DNA from: a virus
Taxonomy: Duplodnaviria; Caudoviricetes
IMG/VR virus record: IMGVR_UViG_2548876929_000003
Location: 4,825-68,824 of that record
DNA length: 64,000 nucleotides
Reading direction: 5' to 3' (one strand)
Shown: in pieces, positions 28,102-38,139 of the stretch
Position numbering within the stretch: the first letter of the stretch is position 1
How the letters are laid out: the number at the start of each line of letters is the position of its first letter
Made by a program: the position numbers and the translations under genes
The notes under the pieces: model-generated
The model's database searches: none
Seen by the model: the letters and a program-made list of their open reading frames with translations, nothing else
What the model was told of the DNA's origin: nothing

Positions 28102-28557
28102 TTATTTGACCAGTTCCCATAGACGCTTATCAATTTCTGCAATGCGACTGTAATCTTTTGTTAGCTTGTAACCCTGTTTTGGATTCCAGATCCCCATGAT
28201 ACCCAATCCTTTAGCAAGCGCGATTTTTTCAGCAATCAGCGTTTCCCACTCGGTAGGTTCTGGTTTAGGAGGATTAGGTTGAGTCCAATTCAATTCGGCT
28301 TCATAAGTTGTACCAGCAAGAGTAACAACATTAAATTTGTACTTCTTGGTTGCATTTGCTTCACTAAACCATAGAGTTTCCTGATCATCCGGTTCAATTT
28401 TAACCCCATCTTTTTCAATACTGGATACGTTGGTTTTAGCCAAAGAAACTCGCTTTTGTGCTGAATCCAGCAGCTCATATTCAACGTGGTTAACACCATT
28501 GTGATCACCGGATCTCCCGGTTGCTTTCCATACAGCTGCTTCTGCCATTCTGCTCAC
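28102..28557 (-). CDS. Phage structural-region hypothetical protein
   Basis: ORF track; position in the head-tail module. Confidence 0.55.
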   Translation of the reverse strand: MSRMAEAAVWKATGRSGDHNGVNHVEYELLDSAQKRVSLAKTNVSSIEKDGVKIEPDDQETLWFSEANATKKYKFNVVTLAGTTYEAELNWTQPNPPKPEPTEWETLIAEKIALAKGLGIMGIWNPKQGYKLTKDYSRIAEIDKRLWELVK

Positions 28558-28558
28558 C

Positions 28559-28993
28559 TCAATTCATTCTCAAGTAATCAACATCGAAAATTGCTTTGTA
28601 CCCCTTAACCCCTTGGATGCCAGTAGCAAAATCTGAGTCATAGGACAGCACACAAAGATAGGACATAAACCCCTGTGCAAACAACCTTTTTTCGTGCAAG
28701 GTTTTGAATGCTCTTTCAAATAGAAGCTTTGCTTCATATGCTGTCTTACCGTAAAAGTCGATACAGAACTTGCCTTCGAACACCAGTGGATTAGTGGCAT
28801 ATCGTCCCGGCATGACATATTGGCAGATATGTGGAACTGTATCCTTAGAAACCGTTATCTCAGGTTCCATACCTTTCGTAAATCGCTTTACCACATCAGC
28901 AGAGGATGATGAAGGAGTAAGCTTCAGCATGTTCATAAGTTCCGAATCTGCTTTTAAAACGCTCTGAACAGCATCAATAAGTTGTAGGCTCAC
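28559..28993 (-). CDS. Tail terminator/completion-like protein
   Basis: Position and size. Confidence 0.55.
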   Translation of the reverse strand: MSLQLIDAVQSVLKADSELMNMLKLTPSSSSADVVKRFTKGMEPEITVSKDTVPHICQYVMPGRYATNPLVFEGKFCIDFYGKTAYEAKLLFERAFKTLHEKRLFAQGFMSYLCVLSYDSDFATGIQGVKGYKAIFDVDYLRMN

Positions 28994-29568
28994 TCCCGCA
29001 CCTCCTTGAAGTATCTGTGATATGGAAACTCAGTTATTACACGGCTAATGCCATCCAGAATACGTTTCCGGTTAGACTGAATTGCAATACGCAAAAAGTA
29101 GGTTGGTGGTGTGGCCCTGAATGAAGGATCAATGTCACCGCGCTCCGCAAGCTCCTCCAAGTCCACCCCAGCATAGCCCCCACCTGATTCCTTCATGGTC
29201 CCGTCAATCGCCCGGTACTTTCCACGAGAACGACCTACAATAATACGATCACCTTTGGACCTCAGTCGGTTCCATGCTTCACTGTTCATATAAGTTATCA
29301 GTCCGGAGTTTTGGCTGCTGTCTGCCATCTTGGAGCCTTTACCGAATTGCTCAAGCCATGCTTGCCAGTAATCTGCTGTGATGTCGCCTGAAATCATCTG
29401 ATTAGCAAGTACAAACATGTGCATTTCCAAGTGGTCCCGAACAGCCGGATAGTACCGTATTCCGCTTTTAGCTGTAAGCATAATCAGTTTTGTTAGTCCT
29501 GTAATTTCGACAGCCAATTTATTCTCCAGATCCTTTGCGGCCCGCGCTGCATCATAGCCAGTAATCAT
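28990..29568 (-). CDS. Neck / tail-completion protein
   Basis: Position; EQFGKG and PPTYFLRIAI motifs. Confidence 0.5.
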   Translation of the reverse strand: MITGYDAARAAKDLENKLAVEITGLTKLIMLTAKSGIRYYPAVRDHLEMHMFVLANQMISGDITADYWQAWLEQFGKGSKMADSSQNSGLITYMNSEAWNRLRSKGDRIIVGRSRGKYRAIDGTMKESGGGYAGVDLEELAERGDIDPSFRATPPTYFLRIAIQSNRKRILDGISRVITEFPYHRYFKEVRE

Positions 29569-30140
29569 ATCCGATCCTCAGAAATTTGAACATGCAGCAA
29601 ATTAGGATACTTCACCCTATCAACTACATCTACCCGATATGTTTTTCCACTCATCACAATCCGGTCAGGAATAGCTGTATTCGTCTCCTCCGGCCGTTTA
29701 ATATCAACATTAGTCTGTAACTGCAAAACAAAGACGGTACTTGGCAACAAGCCCGGCTCTTGCTGTCTCAATTGAGCGGTTACATACTGAGTGAAACAAA
29801 CTACATCGACAGCTATTGGAACAAACTCAGGATCACCTATCGGGTTGTCGTTTGAGTCATAGGACTGCCGATAGCGCTGAACTTCAATTGAAGCATTGGT
29901 TTTAATCAGAGAGCAGTATTTGTCCTTTTCAGTTGTTGTACGTAGAGTCTGTACCAAGAACGATGATTCGTTCTGAACTATATCTCCTGGCTTTACAGGT
30001 GATTTCGAAGAAAACAAACCATTGTACATATATTCTTTGCCGATAATCGTTGTAGCTTTCGTTTCCCGAGACAGTATAACAACGTCTGGCTCACCGTTGA
30101 CAGTACAAGGTGAGTGCCTATGAGCAAAGTCTTTAAACAT
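29565..30140 (-). CDS. Head-tail joining (head closure)-like protein
   Basis: Position; C-terminal TYRVDVVDR. Confidence 0.5.
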   Translation of the reverse strand: MFKDFAHRHSPCTVNGEPDVVILSRETKATTIIGKEYMYNGLFSSKSPVKPGDIVQNESSFLVQTLRTTTEKDKYCSLIKTNASIEVQRYRQSYDSNDNPIGDPEFVPIAVDVVCFTQYVTAQLRQQEPGLLPSTVFVLQLQTNVDIKRPEETNTAIPDRIVMSGKTYRVDVVDRVKYPNLLHVQISEDRI

Positions 30141-30577
30141 CAGTAACGCCGCCTCTCTTTTGCACGGGTTGGCCCCGCTACACCGAACACCGGAACGGTT
30201 GTTTCTTGCTCCGCCGTCGATATCAAGTCAATGTACTGGTACGCCTCATCAACGAGCTGAACAGCGTATTTCTTCCAATCAACAACCTGATTTTCAAAGG
30301 AGAAGTCGAAGTCCTTTTTGGACTTCTTGATTCTTGCTGTCATGGACGGAGCTAGTATAGCAGCGACCATACAAACGGCTGCTGCATACACATAGGTCTG
30401 ATCGTCACCAGTCAACACAGCATAATCAGGAACAGCCTTTACTATCCTTGATTCACCAATGGACAAAACAGAAAGAGCGTCTATGTCAGCATCGGATATT
30501 ACATCCTCACCAACGCCTAGACGCCCTCTAATTTCCTCGTGATATGTTACTGTAGTAAGTATCTTATTAGTCGCCAT
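30140..30577 (-). CDS. Head-tail connector (adaptor)-like protein
   Basis: Position after the capsid module. Confidence 0.5.
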   Translation of the reverse strand: MATNKILTTVTYHEEIRGRLGVGEDVISDADIDALSVLSIGESRIVKAVPDYAVLTGDDQTYVYAAAVCMVAAILAPSMTARIKKSKKDFDFSFENQVVDWKKYAVQLVDEAYQYIDLISTAEQETTVPVFGVAGPTRAKERRRY

Positions 30578-30944
30578 CTGCTGCACTGATAGCCTGTTTC
30601 AATTCTTCAATACTCATTTTGGTGTATCCGGGTATTTTCAATTCCTTAGCTGAAGCTTTCAATTCTTTCAACTCACCATCGGACTGAAGAATATCAATTT
30701 GCTCAAGCAATTCTGTTTCTCGCGCTTTGGACTGTTCTAATTCGGCCTGAAGCTGCAACTCCCGTTCTGAAGGAGAACCATCCACAATTCCGTTACCATC
30801 CACAATCTCCGCAAGTAATTGTCCGGTTGCGGCATTACGAATTTCTTTCTTTGCGATATCTACAAGGCCATCTGGGGCATCTGTTACGATGTCCCCGGCA
30901 TTGTATTGTCCAACAGCATCAACCAATACTTTTACAGTTGTCAT
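30567..30944 (-). CDS. Capsid-adjacent protein with Rho-N-like C-terminal motif
   Basis: LKELKASAKELKIPGYTKMSIEELKQAI. Confidence 0.6.
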   Translation of the reverse strand: MTTVKVLVDAVGQYNAGDIVTDAPDGLVDIAKKEIRNAATGQLLAEIVDGNGIVDGSPSERELQLQAELEQSKARETELLEQIDILQSDGELKELKASAKELKIPGYTKMSIEELKQAISAADGD

Positions 30945-30961
30945 AAATTCGGTCTCCTCCC

Positions 30962-31975
30962 TTACGCCACTGTTGCGAAGATATGCCAGTTAACGTATTT
31001 CAGACGCGGTAACACTGTTGCACCATTGATGGCTTGCCATTGATCGGGGTCTCCTTGGATCAACTTAGTCAGTGCAAACTTTCCTGTATGACCGGTGAAA
31101 ATGTCTTCATAGTTATTCGGGCCGGTCACAAGATCCATAATTGAGCCTGTCATACCTTGGCCGATTATGATTACTGCATTATCTGGAATGAACGGATAGA
31201 ATACGCCAGAGTCATCAATGTAACCACCATCGTAAACTTCATACTTAAGACCATTCAAATTTTGGCTGACAATTTCAGCAAGCGAACCGTCAGTGACAAC
31301 ATCTTTACCAAAAGTATACTTGATCAATTCACGGATTTTAGCATTCTGCTTCAAATAGATATCGACTTTCTTATTAACAATAATTTTAACAGGCCGAGCC
31401 CCACTTCCTCGGAATCGAAGTGACCAGCCATCCAAGTCAGCCAATGGATCTGCTGTTTCGGTATTACTCCACAATACGGATGCTGTTGGCTTGTTATTAG
31501 CTGGAACACCATAGTCAATCGTTCTGGCTGGTTTGGTGGATGTGGCTGGTACAATAAGTTTTCCTGTTAATGACTGCCATCTCATCCACTCAAACCGAGT
31601 TTCGAGGCGAAGGTTCAGACCAACCATTTTCTCAATCATGTATTCTTCGCCCCACTTTTGCTCAAGACTGTTGCCGGGCTTTCTCAAAGTAGCAATCTTT
31701 TCACGGTCGATAACAACCTTTTCTCTCCATTCTTGGTTCGTAAAGTTCATGTGTTTCACCACAGGTGGAGTATGAATAGGTGAAGGATCATTCAATCCTG
31801 TAGGTGGCGTCATACCCGTGTCGTCATAGGTGATATCGTATTCAATAGTGAGTCCAAGTTCCGGTTTGAAGTCAACTCCATTGGTTAGCAGTTGAGCCCC
31901 TCGAAAGCTGTTAATATCTGTTCGGATGTTCTGAACGACTTCCGTAAGGAAATATGGATCAAGTACGTTTGCCAT
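30962..31975 (-). CDS. Major capsid protein (lambda gpE-like)
   Basis: Size; follows the decoration gene; ETRFEWMRWQSLTG..V...IDYGVP. Confidence 0.85.
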   Translation of the reverse strand: MANVLDPYFLTEVVQNIRTDINSFRGAQLLTNGVDFKPELGLTIEYDITYDDTGMTPPTGLNDPSPIHTPPVVKHMNFTNQEWREKVVIDREKIATLRKPGNSLEQKWGEEYMIEKMVGLNLRLETRFEWMRWQSLTGKLIVPATSTKPARTIDYGVPANNKPTASVLWSNTETADPLADLDGWSLRFRGSGARPVKIIVNKKVDIYLKQNAKIRELIKYTFGKDVVTDGSLAEIVSQNLNGLKYEVYDGGYIDDSGVFYPFIPDNAVIIIGQGMTGSIMDLVTGPNNYEDIFTGHTGKFALTKLIQGDPDQWQAINGATVLPRLKYVNWHIFATVA

Positions 31976-31990
31976 GTGTGTTTATCCCCC

Positions 31991-32371
31991 TTATACAAAG
32001 TAGCAAAGCTTCAGCGCTGTTTTAGCTGCTGTATCTAAGCCAGTCAATTTGGATGAATCAAAAATACCTGCAATCCACGCAGATGCCCCAATATCAGAAA
32101 GTGTTGTGTCATGATCATTATCAAGGATACACAGTGCCACTTCGGAGCCGTTGGTTGCTGCGGAACTATAAGCTACCGCTTTATCCTTATCCGCTCCTGC
32201 TGCTGTGATCTTACCTATAATCGTCCCTTTTTTCAGGATTCCTTGCCCTTGTTTCAGCAAGACTCCTCCCGGTAGTTTAGCCTGAAGGTCAGTAGACGCT
32301 AGAACCTCCGTAAACTCTTGAGTAATAACCTGACCGGGACCAGGAGCGCCATTATACTGAGATTGCATCAT
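31991..32371 (-). CDS. Head decoration protein
   Basis: LKQGQGILKKGTIIGKITA...NGSEVALCIL (gpD-like). Confidence 0.8.
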   Translation of the reverse strand: MMQSQYNGAPGPGQVITQEFTEVLASTDLQAKLPGGVLLKQGQGILKKGTIIGKITAAGADKDKAVAYSSAATNGSEVALCILDNDHDTTLSDIGASAWIAGIFDSSKLTGLDTAAKTALKLCYFV

Positions 32372-32373
32372 AA

Positions 32374-33678
32374 TTATTTATCCTCCTTCAGCAGATTACC
32401 TCTGCCTGTGTTCTTAAGTGCCGCCCGAGCTTCTTCACGAGCTAATGCTTTAAGTTGTTCTGGCGTTTTCTCGCCACCATCATTTTGTGAGTTAGTTGGC
32501 GGCGCTCCATTCAGAGCTCCTTCAGGAAGGTTTACATCTTCTCCTTGTGTATGGCGACCACCTCCGCCTAAGGCGGCTTGTGCCTGCGCCTCATACGTTG
32601 CACCGATCTTTTCAATTTCAGATACTGGCAAATGAGATAATGCCGTTTTCATAGCTTCTACATTAAAGGCCTCACCAAGAGCACGGACGCCAGCTCCGCA
32701 TGCTTGTTCAGTGACCTTCACCTTGTACATTGCTCCATCAGTAGCTTGAACACTCAGCGCCGTAAGCTTCGCCGGGATTTCTGCGTCACTCTCAACGCCC
32801 AATGCAGCCCGTACTTGTCCAAGCACGCCATTAGCCGCTGCCAGTGCAGTTGCTTGGGTTTGCGCTGCTGCCAAAGCAGCTTTTTGTTCTTCATTCATAG
32901 TGTCATCTCCTTGGGCCAGTGTCTCAGCCTGTTCTTTTGTTTGATGCTGTTTAGGTACAAAAGCAGACATGCCGCCTTTGTTACTGAAAAAATAAAAGAC
33001 GCGTCCATCGCCATCAAGCGACTTCGCATCTAATGGTAACGGTTCGTATTCAGTTTGTTTCGGCTGTTCATATTCACCATGTTGTTTCATTGAGAGAGAT
33101 TCACGTGTAATTCCGGCGCCTTCGTAACCGCCATCAAACACGATAGAATTTTCCATGATGTATCCATCATCCGCGAGAACAAGACATTCTTTGTCATCGT
33201 ACGTTTGTCCACGAATGTGCGAACATGCCGAGGAACCATAATAATCGCCGCCACAAATGCTACATGTATGCTTGGTAGTGACAAACCCTGCCGAGGTATC
33301 AAAGATAGTTCCTGAATCAATACCAGTAGCCAGTTGATCTGTTGAGATTCCATCAGCCTCTAGCCCTTTTGCCATGTAATGATCACCGTAGAGTTCCAGT
33401 TCCCCTCCCTCTTCGATAATTCGACTGTCAAAAGTTCTGCCATACGGGAAAGATAAGGCTTCCCACTTCTGCCACGGATGGTCAACCAGCAAGGCGACTC
33501 CCTCTTTAACCTGATCTGCCATTTTGCGTAGGAAGTTTGGGGTAATCTTCATTTTGTACTTATCAATACGCTTGGTTCCAATGATTCTCGCTTGAAACAC
33601 ATGAGTTTGTTCATCGGTTAAAGGGACCAATGCTTTTTGATTGATCTTCGCCAATTGTTCGGATGTAGGTTTAGCCAT
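32374..33678 (-). CDS. Prohead protease / scaffold protein
   Basis: Lies between portal and decoration genes; protease-like N-terminus; Ala-rich C-terminal scaffold. Confidence 0.7.
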   Translation of the reverse strand: MAKPTSEQLAKINQKALVPLTDEQTHVFQARIIGTKRIDKYKMKITPNFLRKMADQVKEGVALLVDHPWQKWEALSFPYGRTFDSRIIEEGGELELYGDHYMAKGLEADGISTDQLATGIDSGTIFDTSAGFVTTKHTCSICGGDYYGSSACSHIRGQTYDDKECLVLADDGYIMENSIVFDGGYEGAGITRESLSMKQHGEYEQPKQTEYEPLPLDAKSLDGDGRVFYFFSNKGGMSAFVPKQHQTKEQAETLAQGDDTMNEEQKAALAAAQTQATALAAANGVLGQVRAALGVESDAEIPAKLTALSVQATDGAMYKVKVTEQACGAGVRALGEAFNVEAMKTALSHLPVSEIEKIGATYEAQAQAALGGGGRHTQGEDVNLPEGALNGAPPTNSQNDGGEKTPEQLKALAREEARAALKNTGRGNLLKEDK

Positions 33679-33683
33679 ATTGT

Positions 33684-35144
33684 TTATTCACCTCCCTCCG
33701 GTGGAGTATTTTCTTCATTTAAATTAGATTCATGCTTTTGTACAAGCAAAGGAAGTAATTCAGCAGGAATTTTGGCATTAATACCAAGTGTCCAACGTAT
33801 TTCCTCAGCAGCTTCCAACGGTGTGATGTAGAAATTCTTCTCCGCTGTGATATAGTTGTCGATCTTTGAACGTCGGTCACGTTCAATCTCATTTTCAGAA
33901 CGTAAATCAATGGGGAGGTAGTCAGCTTCAACTTTTGTTTGAGTCCCCTTTACTCTTGCAGACAACGAAAAAGCCCGCTGCCAGAAACGTTTGGTTACGC
34001 TCCGCGCGGACTCTACATTTTTGATATATATTTGAGTGTCAATTGAACTGTACGTTTCTGTTGACCCTTGATGTCTAGAAAGGATAGTAAGCAGTGTCTT
34101 GAGTGAAGTAGCCATTTGGGTATCAATGATATCAATCAGCTTCTTAATATCAATCATCGGTCCAGAATTGCCGCCTTTGAGATATTCCACCTTTACACTA
34201 TCCCAGTGGACAAGAGCATCATCTGGATTGAGTGAGTTGAAATGGTTTAGCATCTCATCCATTCGCTCTTTGAGCCATTTTTGTTGACCATCGGGATTAC
34301 TCTTTAAGTTGTTTGGCATATTCTTCAGCATGATTTCTTCCAGCATCGAAATATCGAGCCTTGGATACCCCTGGTTATGAACTACTGCTTTTAGATCTGC
34401 CAACACCTGAAGATGAAAGAATACTACTTGCAGTACCGGAAGCATAGGCGTTCGTCCATAAGGATCATCAACCATAGGATCAAACTCTTCATAGATGAAT
34501 GTTGGTGTGTCAATCTTTTTGTAATTGCCAAACCATTCTTCATTTGCGCCCCTTCTTGGGTTCTTTACATACTGCCACGGTGTAAGTCGATTAGTATCTG
34601 GCTCCCTACGGAACCAAATTAAAGCCGGATCAACTGGAACAATATCAATGACATCATTACACTGCTCATTCAGGACGATTTCCCCGGCACAAGCCCCACG
34701 GACCATAATCATCATCCGCTGAATTGTGTCTAGTTTATCTAATGAGCGTCCGTGCTGGTATCCCGGCGAAGGTAGCGGTGTATTAAGCATAGCTTTGAGT
34801 TCATCCAGTACCCGTTGTCCGCTCTTATCTGCATTCCCATTCGGCTTCTTAGCTGTAAACGTTAAATCGGTATCTCCCATACGCAAGTATGTGTATAAGG
34901 CATAGGATACGTCGGGATGAACGGATATCAGAAGTTCCAGTAATTCCTCAGCTGTATAGCTCTGTAACTTGGTAAGGTCAATATTGTGAGCCTGCTGATG
35001 TTTCTTGGGTAGCCAATTAAATATGCCCCACGGGTTAGCATTATTAGGTACTGTTGCTCTGCCTATACCCATCATCTGACGCTTTACCGCTGTTGGAAGA
35101 ACAGCATTAGCAAATGAATATACAGCTCTATGATACCATTTCAA
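33684..35144 (-). CDS. Portal protein
   Basis: 486 aa; first gene of the head module; VPVDPALIWFRRE. Confidence 0.8.
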   Translation of the reverse strand: MKWYHRAVYSFANAVLPTAVKRQMMGIGRATVPNNANPWGIFNWLPKKHQQAHNIDLTKLQSYTAEELLELLISVHPDVSYALYTYLRMGDTDLTFTAKKPNGNADKSGQRVLDELKAMLNTPLPSPGYQHGRSLDKLDTIQRMMIMVRGACAGEIVLNEQCNDVIDIVPVDPALIWFRREPDTNRLTPWQYVKNPRRGANEEWFGNYKKIDTPTFIYEEFDPMVDDPYGRTPMLPVLQVVFFHLQVLADLKAVVHNQGYPRLDISMLEEIMLKNMPNNLKSNPDGQQKWLKERMDEMLNHFNSLNPDDALVHWDSVKVEYLKGGNSGPMIDIKKLIDIIDTQMATSLKTLLTILSRHQGSTETYSSIDTQIYIKNVESARSVTKRFWQRAFSLSARVKGTQTKVEADYLPIDLRSENEIERDRRSKIDNYITAEKNFYITPLEAAEEIRWTLGINAKIPAELLPLLVQKHESNLNEENTPPEGGE

Positions 35145-35297
35145 GATTTCACCGCCTTTCTTTGCAAACTTCTATAAATAAAGGATAACATCTTTTTTAT
35201 TCGAATTTACTGCTGATTTTTGCCCAAAAAAAGTACTTCTTCCTCCATAAGATTCGATTTTTGAAGGCCTTCTGGAATCTGTAATAAAAAAAGAAGA

Positions 35298-35313
35298 CAG
35301 GAAAACTTTCCTG
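35298..35313. promoter_or_regulatory. Palindrome CAGGAAA-NN-TTTCCTG upstream of portal (could also be a terminator stem)
   Basis: Perfect inverted repeat, followed by a T-run on the - strand. Confidence 0.55.
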
Positions 35314-35519
35314 ACCTTCTGTATTTGTTCATACTTCTATGTTTAATTAATATCTTGGGTTATGTATACAATCCCTATCCCAAGTTTAATAAATCCAGTT
35401 ATCAAATTTAATTTGTTTTTATGGAACGGTTGCGATACCTCGACACATACAATATGCTCAGAACACCAACTACATCTGTCAACTAAGATGGTCATCCAAA
35501 GACCATTATTACAATTTAA

Positions 35520-36323
35520 TTACAAAGGTGGTTCAATATCATTAGTATTGTTTTGAGAATTCACAAGTTTCTCAATAAACGGCGGTATAGGCAATCCTGT
35601 CACCTTCATATTATCAACGGTTCCTTTAAGCTCGCCCCATACTAGCCATACCAATAGCAGAGAATAAAATGTGTTGTCTGGCAAGCCATCAAATGAAACG
35701 AATTTACTCAATACGTTACCTATAAATAACCAAAAGTATGGGAGAATGAATATTTGAACTGTCCGATTGAATTTTATATAGTCATTTGGCGTATGATATC
35801 TATTTGCCCATACACGAGAAATAAAATGGGCTACTGTTAAAGAAACAAAAACCCAGTTCAGAGTAGTAAACTGTCCAAATAGCAGCGTTATAACTGCACC
35901 GAGTAAAACAAAGAATAACTTAATGCTTGGGACAGCAACAAAGTCGGAGAAATATCTGCTTAATTCACTCATACCTACAAAAGGAAAGAAAGAGGCTATA
36001 TTTCTCATTAATTTCTCACCCCTTACCATGGGATGCTTATAAATATGCTTTTCCTTTGTTTTTATTACTTTCTGTTCTTCAATAAGTTTATTTGTACTCT
36101 CAATAAAATTTGATGCAATCTTTAGCATTTCCTCATGCTCATACTTTATCTTGCTTTGATCACTAGCATTTAGTACTTGCCAATAGACAGAGCGTGTTTC
36201 ATTCAATACATATTCTATCTTTTTTTCAATTCTTTTAAGTTCCTCGTTTGACTTATCATTTTCTCTGAAAGATTGTATTTCTAAGAAAATATTGCTTCTT
36301 TCTTGGTACAAATCATTCTTCAT
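35520..36323 (-). CDS. Soluble N-terminal domain fused to a holin-4-like membrane domain
   Basis: C-terminal half aligns by eye with the holin at 12040 (GELKGTVDNMKVTGLPIPPFI vs NELLSILENGGRLGAPIPPVI). Confidence 0.6.
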   Translation of the reverse strand: MKNDLYQERSNIFLEIQSFRENDKSNEELKRIEKKIEYVLNETRSVYWQVLNASDQSKIKYEHEEMLKIASNFIESTNKLIEEQKVIKTKEKHIYKHPMVRGEKLMRNIASFFPFVGMSELSRYFSDFVAVPSIKLFFVLLGAVITLLFGQFTTLNWVFVSLTVAHFISRVWANRYHTPNDYIKFNRTVQIFILPYFWLFIGNVLSKFVSFDGLPDNTFYSLLLVWLVWGELKGTVDNMKVTGLPIPPFIEKLVNSQNNTNDIEPPL

Positions 36324-36981
36324 ACGTATCGCCAGCCTTATGCGCCAAAAAGGACAAATTCCCCTTCGTTTGCAAAGATAAATACTTATTCATTTCAGAT
36401 AATGATTGTATACATAGAGAATCAAGGTTACTGTATAAATCTTGAGAGTTTATCAATTTCTTATCTGTTTCAATTTCTGAAAAAACAATATTAGGCTGTT
36501 CATCTCTATTACTTTCATCGAATATTCTTATTCTTGTTGTAGTATCATTAGCATTTTTTACTGTAAATTGAACATCTACAGATAAAATATCCTCTTCTTC
36601 TAAACTTAAACCAAGCAGTTTTTTATTATCTTTTATCATAAACCCACCTATATGAACAACTTTTTTTATGACAAGTTTGTCAAAATCAATTTCTTTAACA
36701 AGCACATCTATAAATTCTTTAAATTTTTTTGTCCAATCCTTAACAATAGCAATTGTAATATCAATACTCTTTGATCTAAACTCACATTTCATTATAGGAA
36801 AACATTCGATAAGTTGTACATGATCCGGTGAAATCTCTACTTTTTTGAATTTGAAATTTTTTTTAATTATCTCCAACCATTTTAATTCAACCTCTTGAAT
36901 ATTTAGGTCCAAATAACTAAGTTCAAGTTCAACTACCATAGGTTTAAAAGTATCAGCTTCCTGTAAGTTAGATGAAAACAC
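36313..36981 (-). CDS. Hypothetical soluble protein, translationally coupled to the holin-domain gene
   Basis: GTG start after AGGAGG; 11-nt overlap with the next gene; AT-rich. Confidence 0.7.
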   Translation of the reverse strand: MFSSNLQEADTFKPMVVELELSYLDLNIQEVELKWLEIIKKNFKFKKVEISPDHVQLIECFPIMKCEFRSKSIDITIAIVKDWTKKFKEFIDVLVKEIDFDKLVIKKVVHIGGFMIKDNKKLLGLSLEEEDILSVDVQFTVKNANDTTTRIRIFDESNRDEQPNIVFSEIETDKKLINSQDLYSNLDSLCIQSLSEMNKYLSLQTKGNLSFLAHKAGDTYEE

Positions 36982-37515
36982 AAATTGTTCCTCCTACTAT
37001 AAATAAAAAATCATTCTCTTATAGATTTAATATCTCATTATCACCAGAAAGTGTCAATATCGAATGGACAAATATAAACATTTTATGTATTAAACTTCAA
37101 TCCATATAGGTCTTAATACCTGTTTTAATGAACTGAGCGCTTATTTAAAACCCGAAAAAAGAAACAGCGATAGGGTCTACTCCCGCAAGCGGGATGCAAA
37201 ACGCTACGCTGTTGCATAAAAGCATTGTACTTAGTAACTAGAGAGGAAGAATAACACCATTTTACATATTGCTAAAAATGTCCGTCAAAGAACAAAAACC
37301 GGACAATACCGGAAAATGGGTAATTAAACCATTATAAGCTGGCTTTTGCTCACTTTCTCGATATTACTCGTCCTAAACGATTCTCTCACCCAGTTTATCC
37401 TCATCACCGGAAGCCATTACATTACATCCCAACTTGAATCACAAAAGAATGCGCCCATTGTTGTATGTTCGAGCTCGGGTTGGTCGACCTCTTCAATGCA
37501 TACTTTATGATAAGA

Positions 37516-38029
37516 TTATTGCAATTCTCCTTTAGCATTGGCTATGCGAACTGAAAGGCCGCCCTTCATAACACCGCCGGGTGAAGTAAGGTTTACATAG
37601 AAACTACCAACAGGCCAAGTACTTTCGTTGATTTCATCAAATACTTTACCTGGGGTTTATTTTTCCTTTCATCTTAACTGGACCACTAGCAGACTCCTGA
37701 GTTACTGTTATATTAATCGGGGCTTTCCCATCATTATACACATACACTCTAGCATATCCGTATCCCGGATCAATGTAGAAACGCTCTGACATGTCAGTAT
37801 TCCCAAGAGACTTGTTGAGTACCTTTTTCGTGTCTTGAGGAGTAATAACATGATCCCCCAGTTTTGATGTATTCACCTCAATAGATTCATTTGCAGCTTG
37901 AACTACTGGCGCTGAGTCCACAGTAGCTGAATTTATACCACTGATAACTGAAGAAGTACAACTAGTTAACGATAATACAGCAGCTAAAGACAATACAGCA
38001 AAGAAAGGAGTCATTCCACTATTTTTCAT
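37516..38029 (-). pseudogene. Frameshifted lipoprotein gene (extra base in the C4 run at 37652-37655)
   Basis: Lipobox LSLTSC; removing one C from AACCCCAGG extends the frame to GKVFDEINESTWPVGSFYVNLTSPGGVMKGGLSVRIANAKGELQ-stop at 37516. Confidence 0.7.
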
Positions 38030-38139
38030 ATTATAAACCCACTTTTTTCAATTTAAAAGATTAATTTCTTATAATAATATTATAAGGTTTATTTTGTAAT
38101 TCTCAAAGAAGGATTGGCGATCCCCTTAAATTCAATCTT

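Noticed and set aside
37163-37215. c-di-GMP-I riboswitch-like look (GGGTCTA, GCAA-capped stem, GATGCAAA)
   Set aside because: Elements are in the wrong order and on the strand opposite the nearby genes; the outer AACAGCG/CGCTGTT stem with a U-tract fits a - strand terminator better. An Infernal search would settle it.
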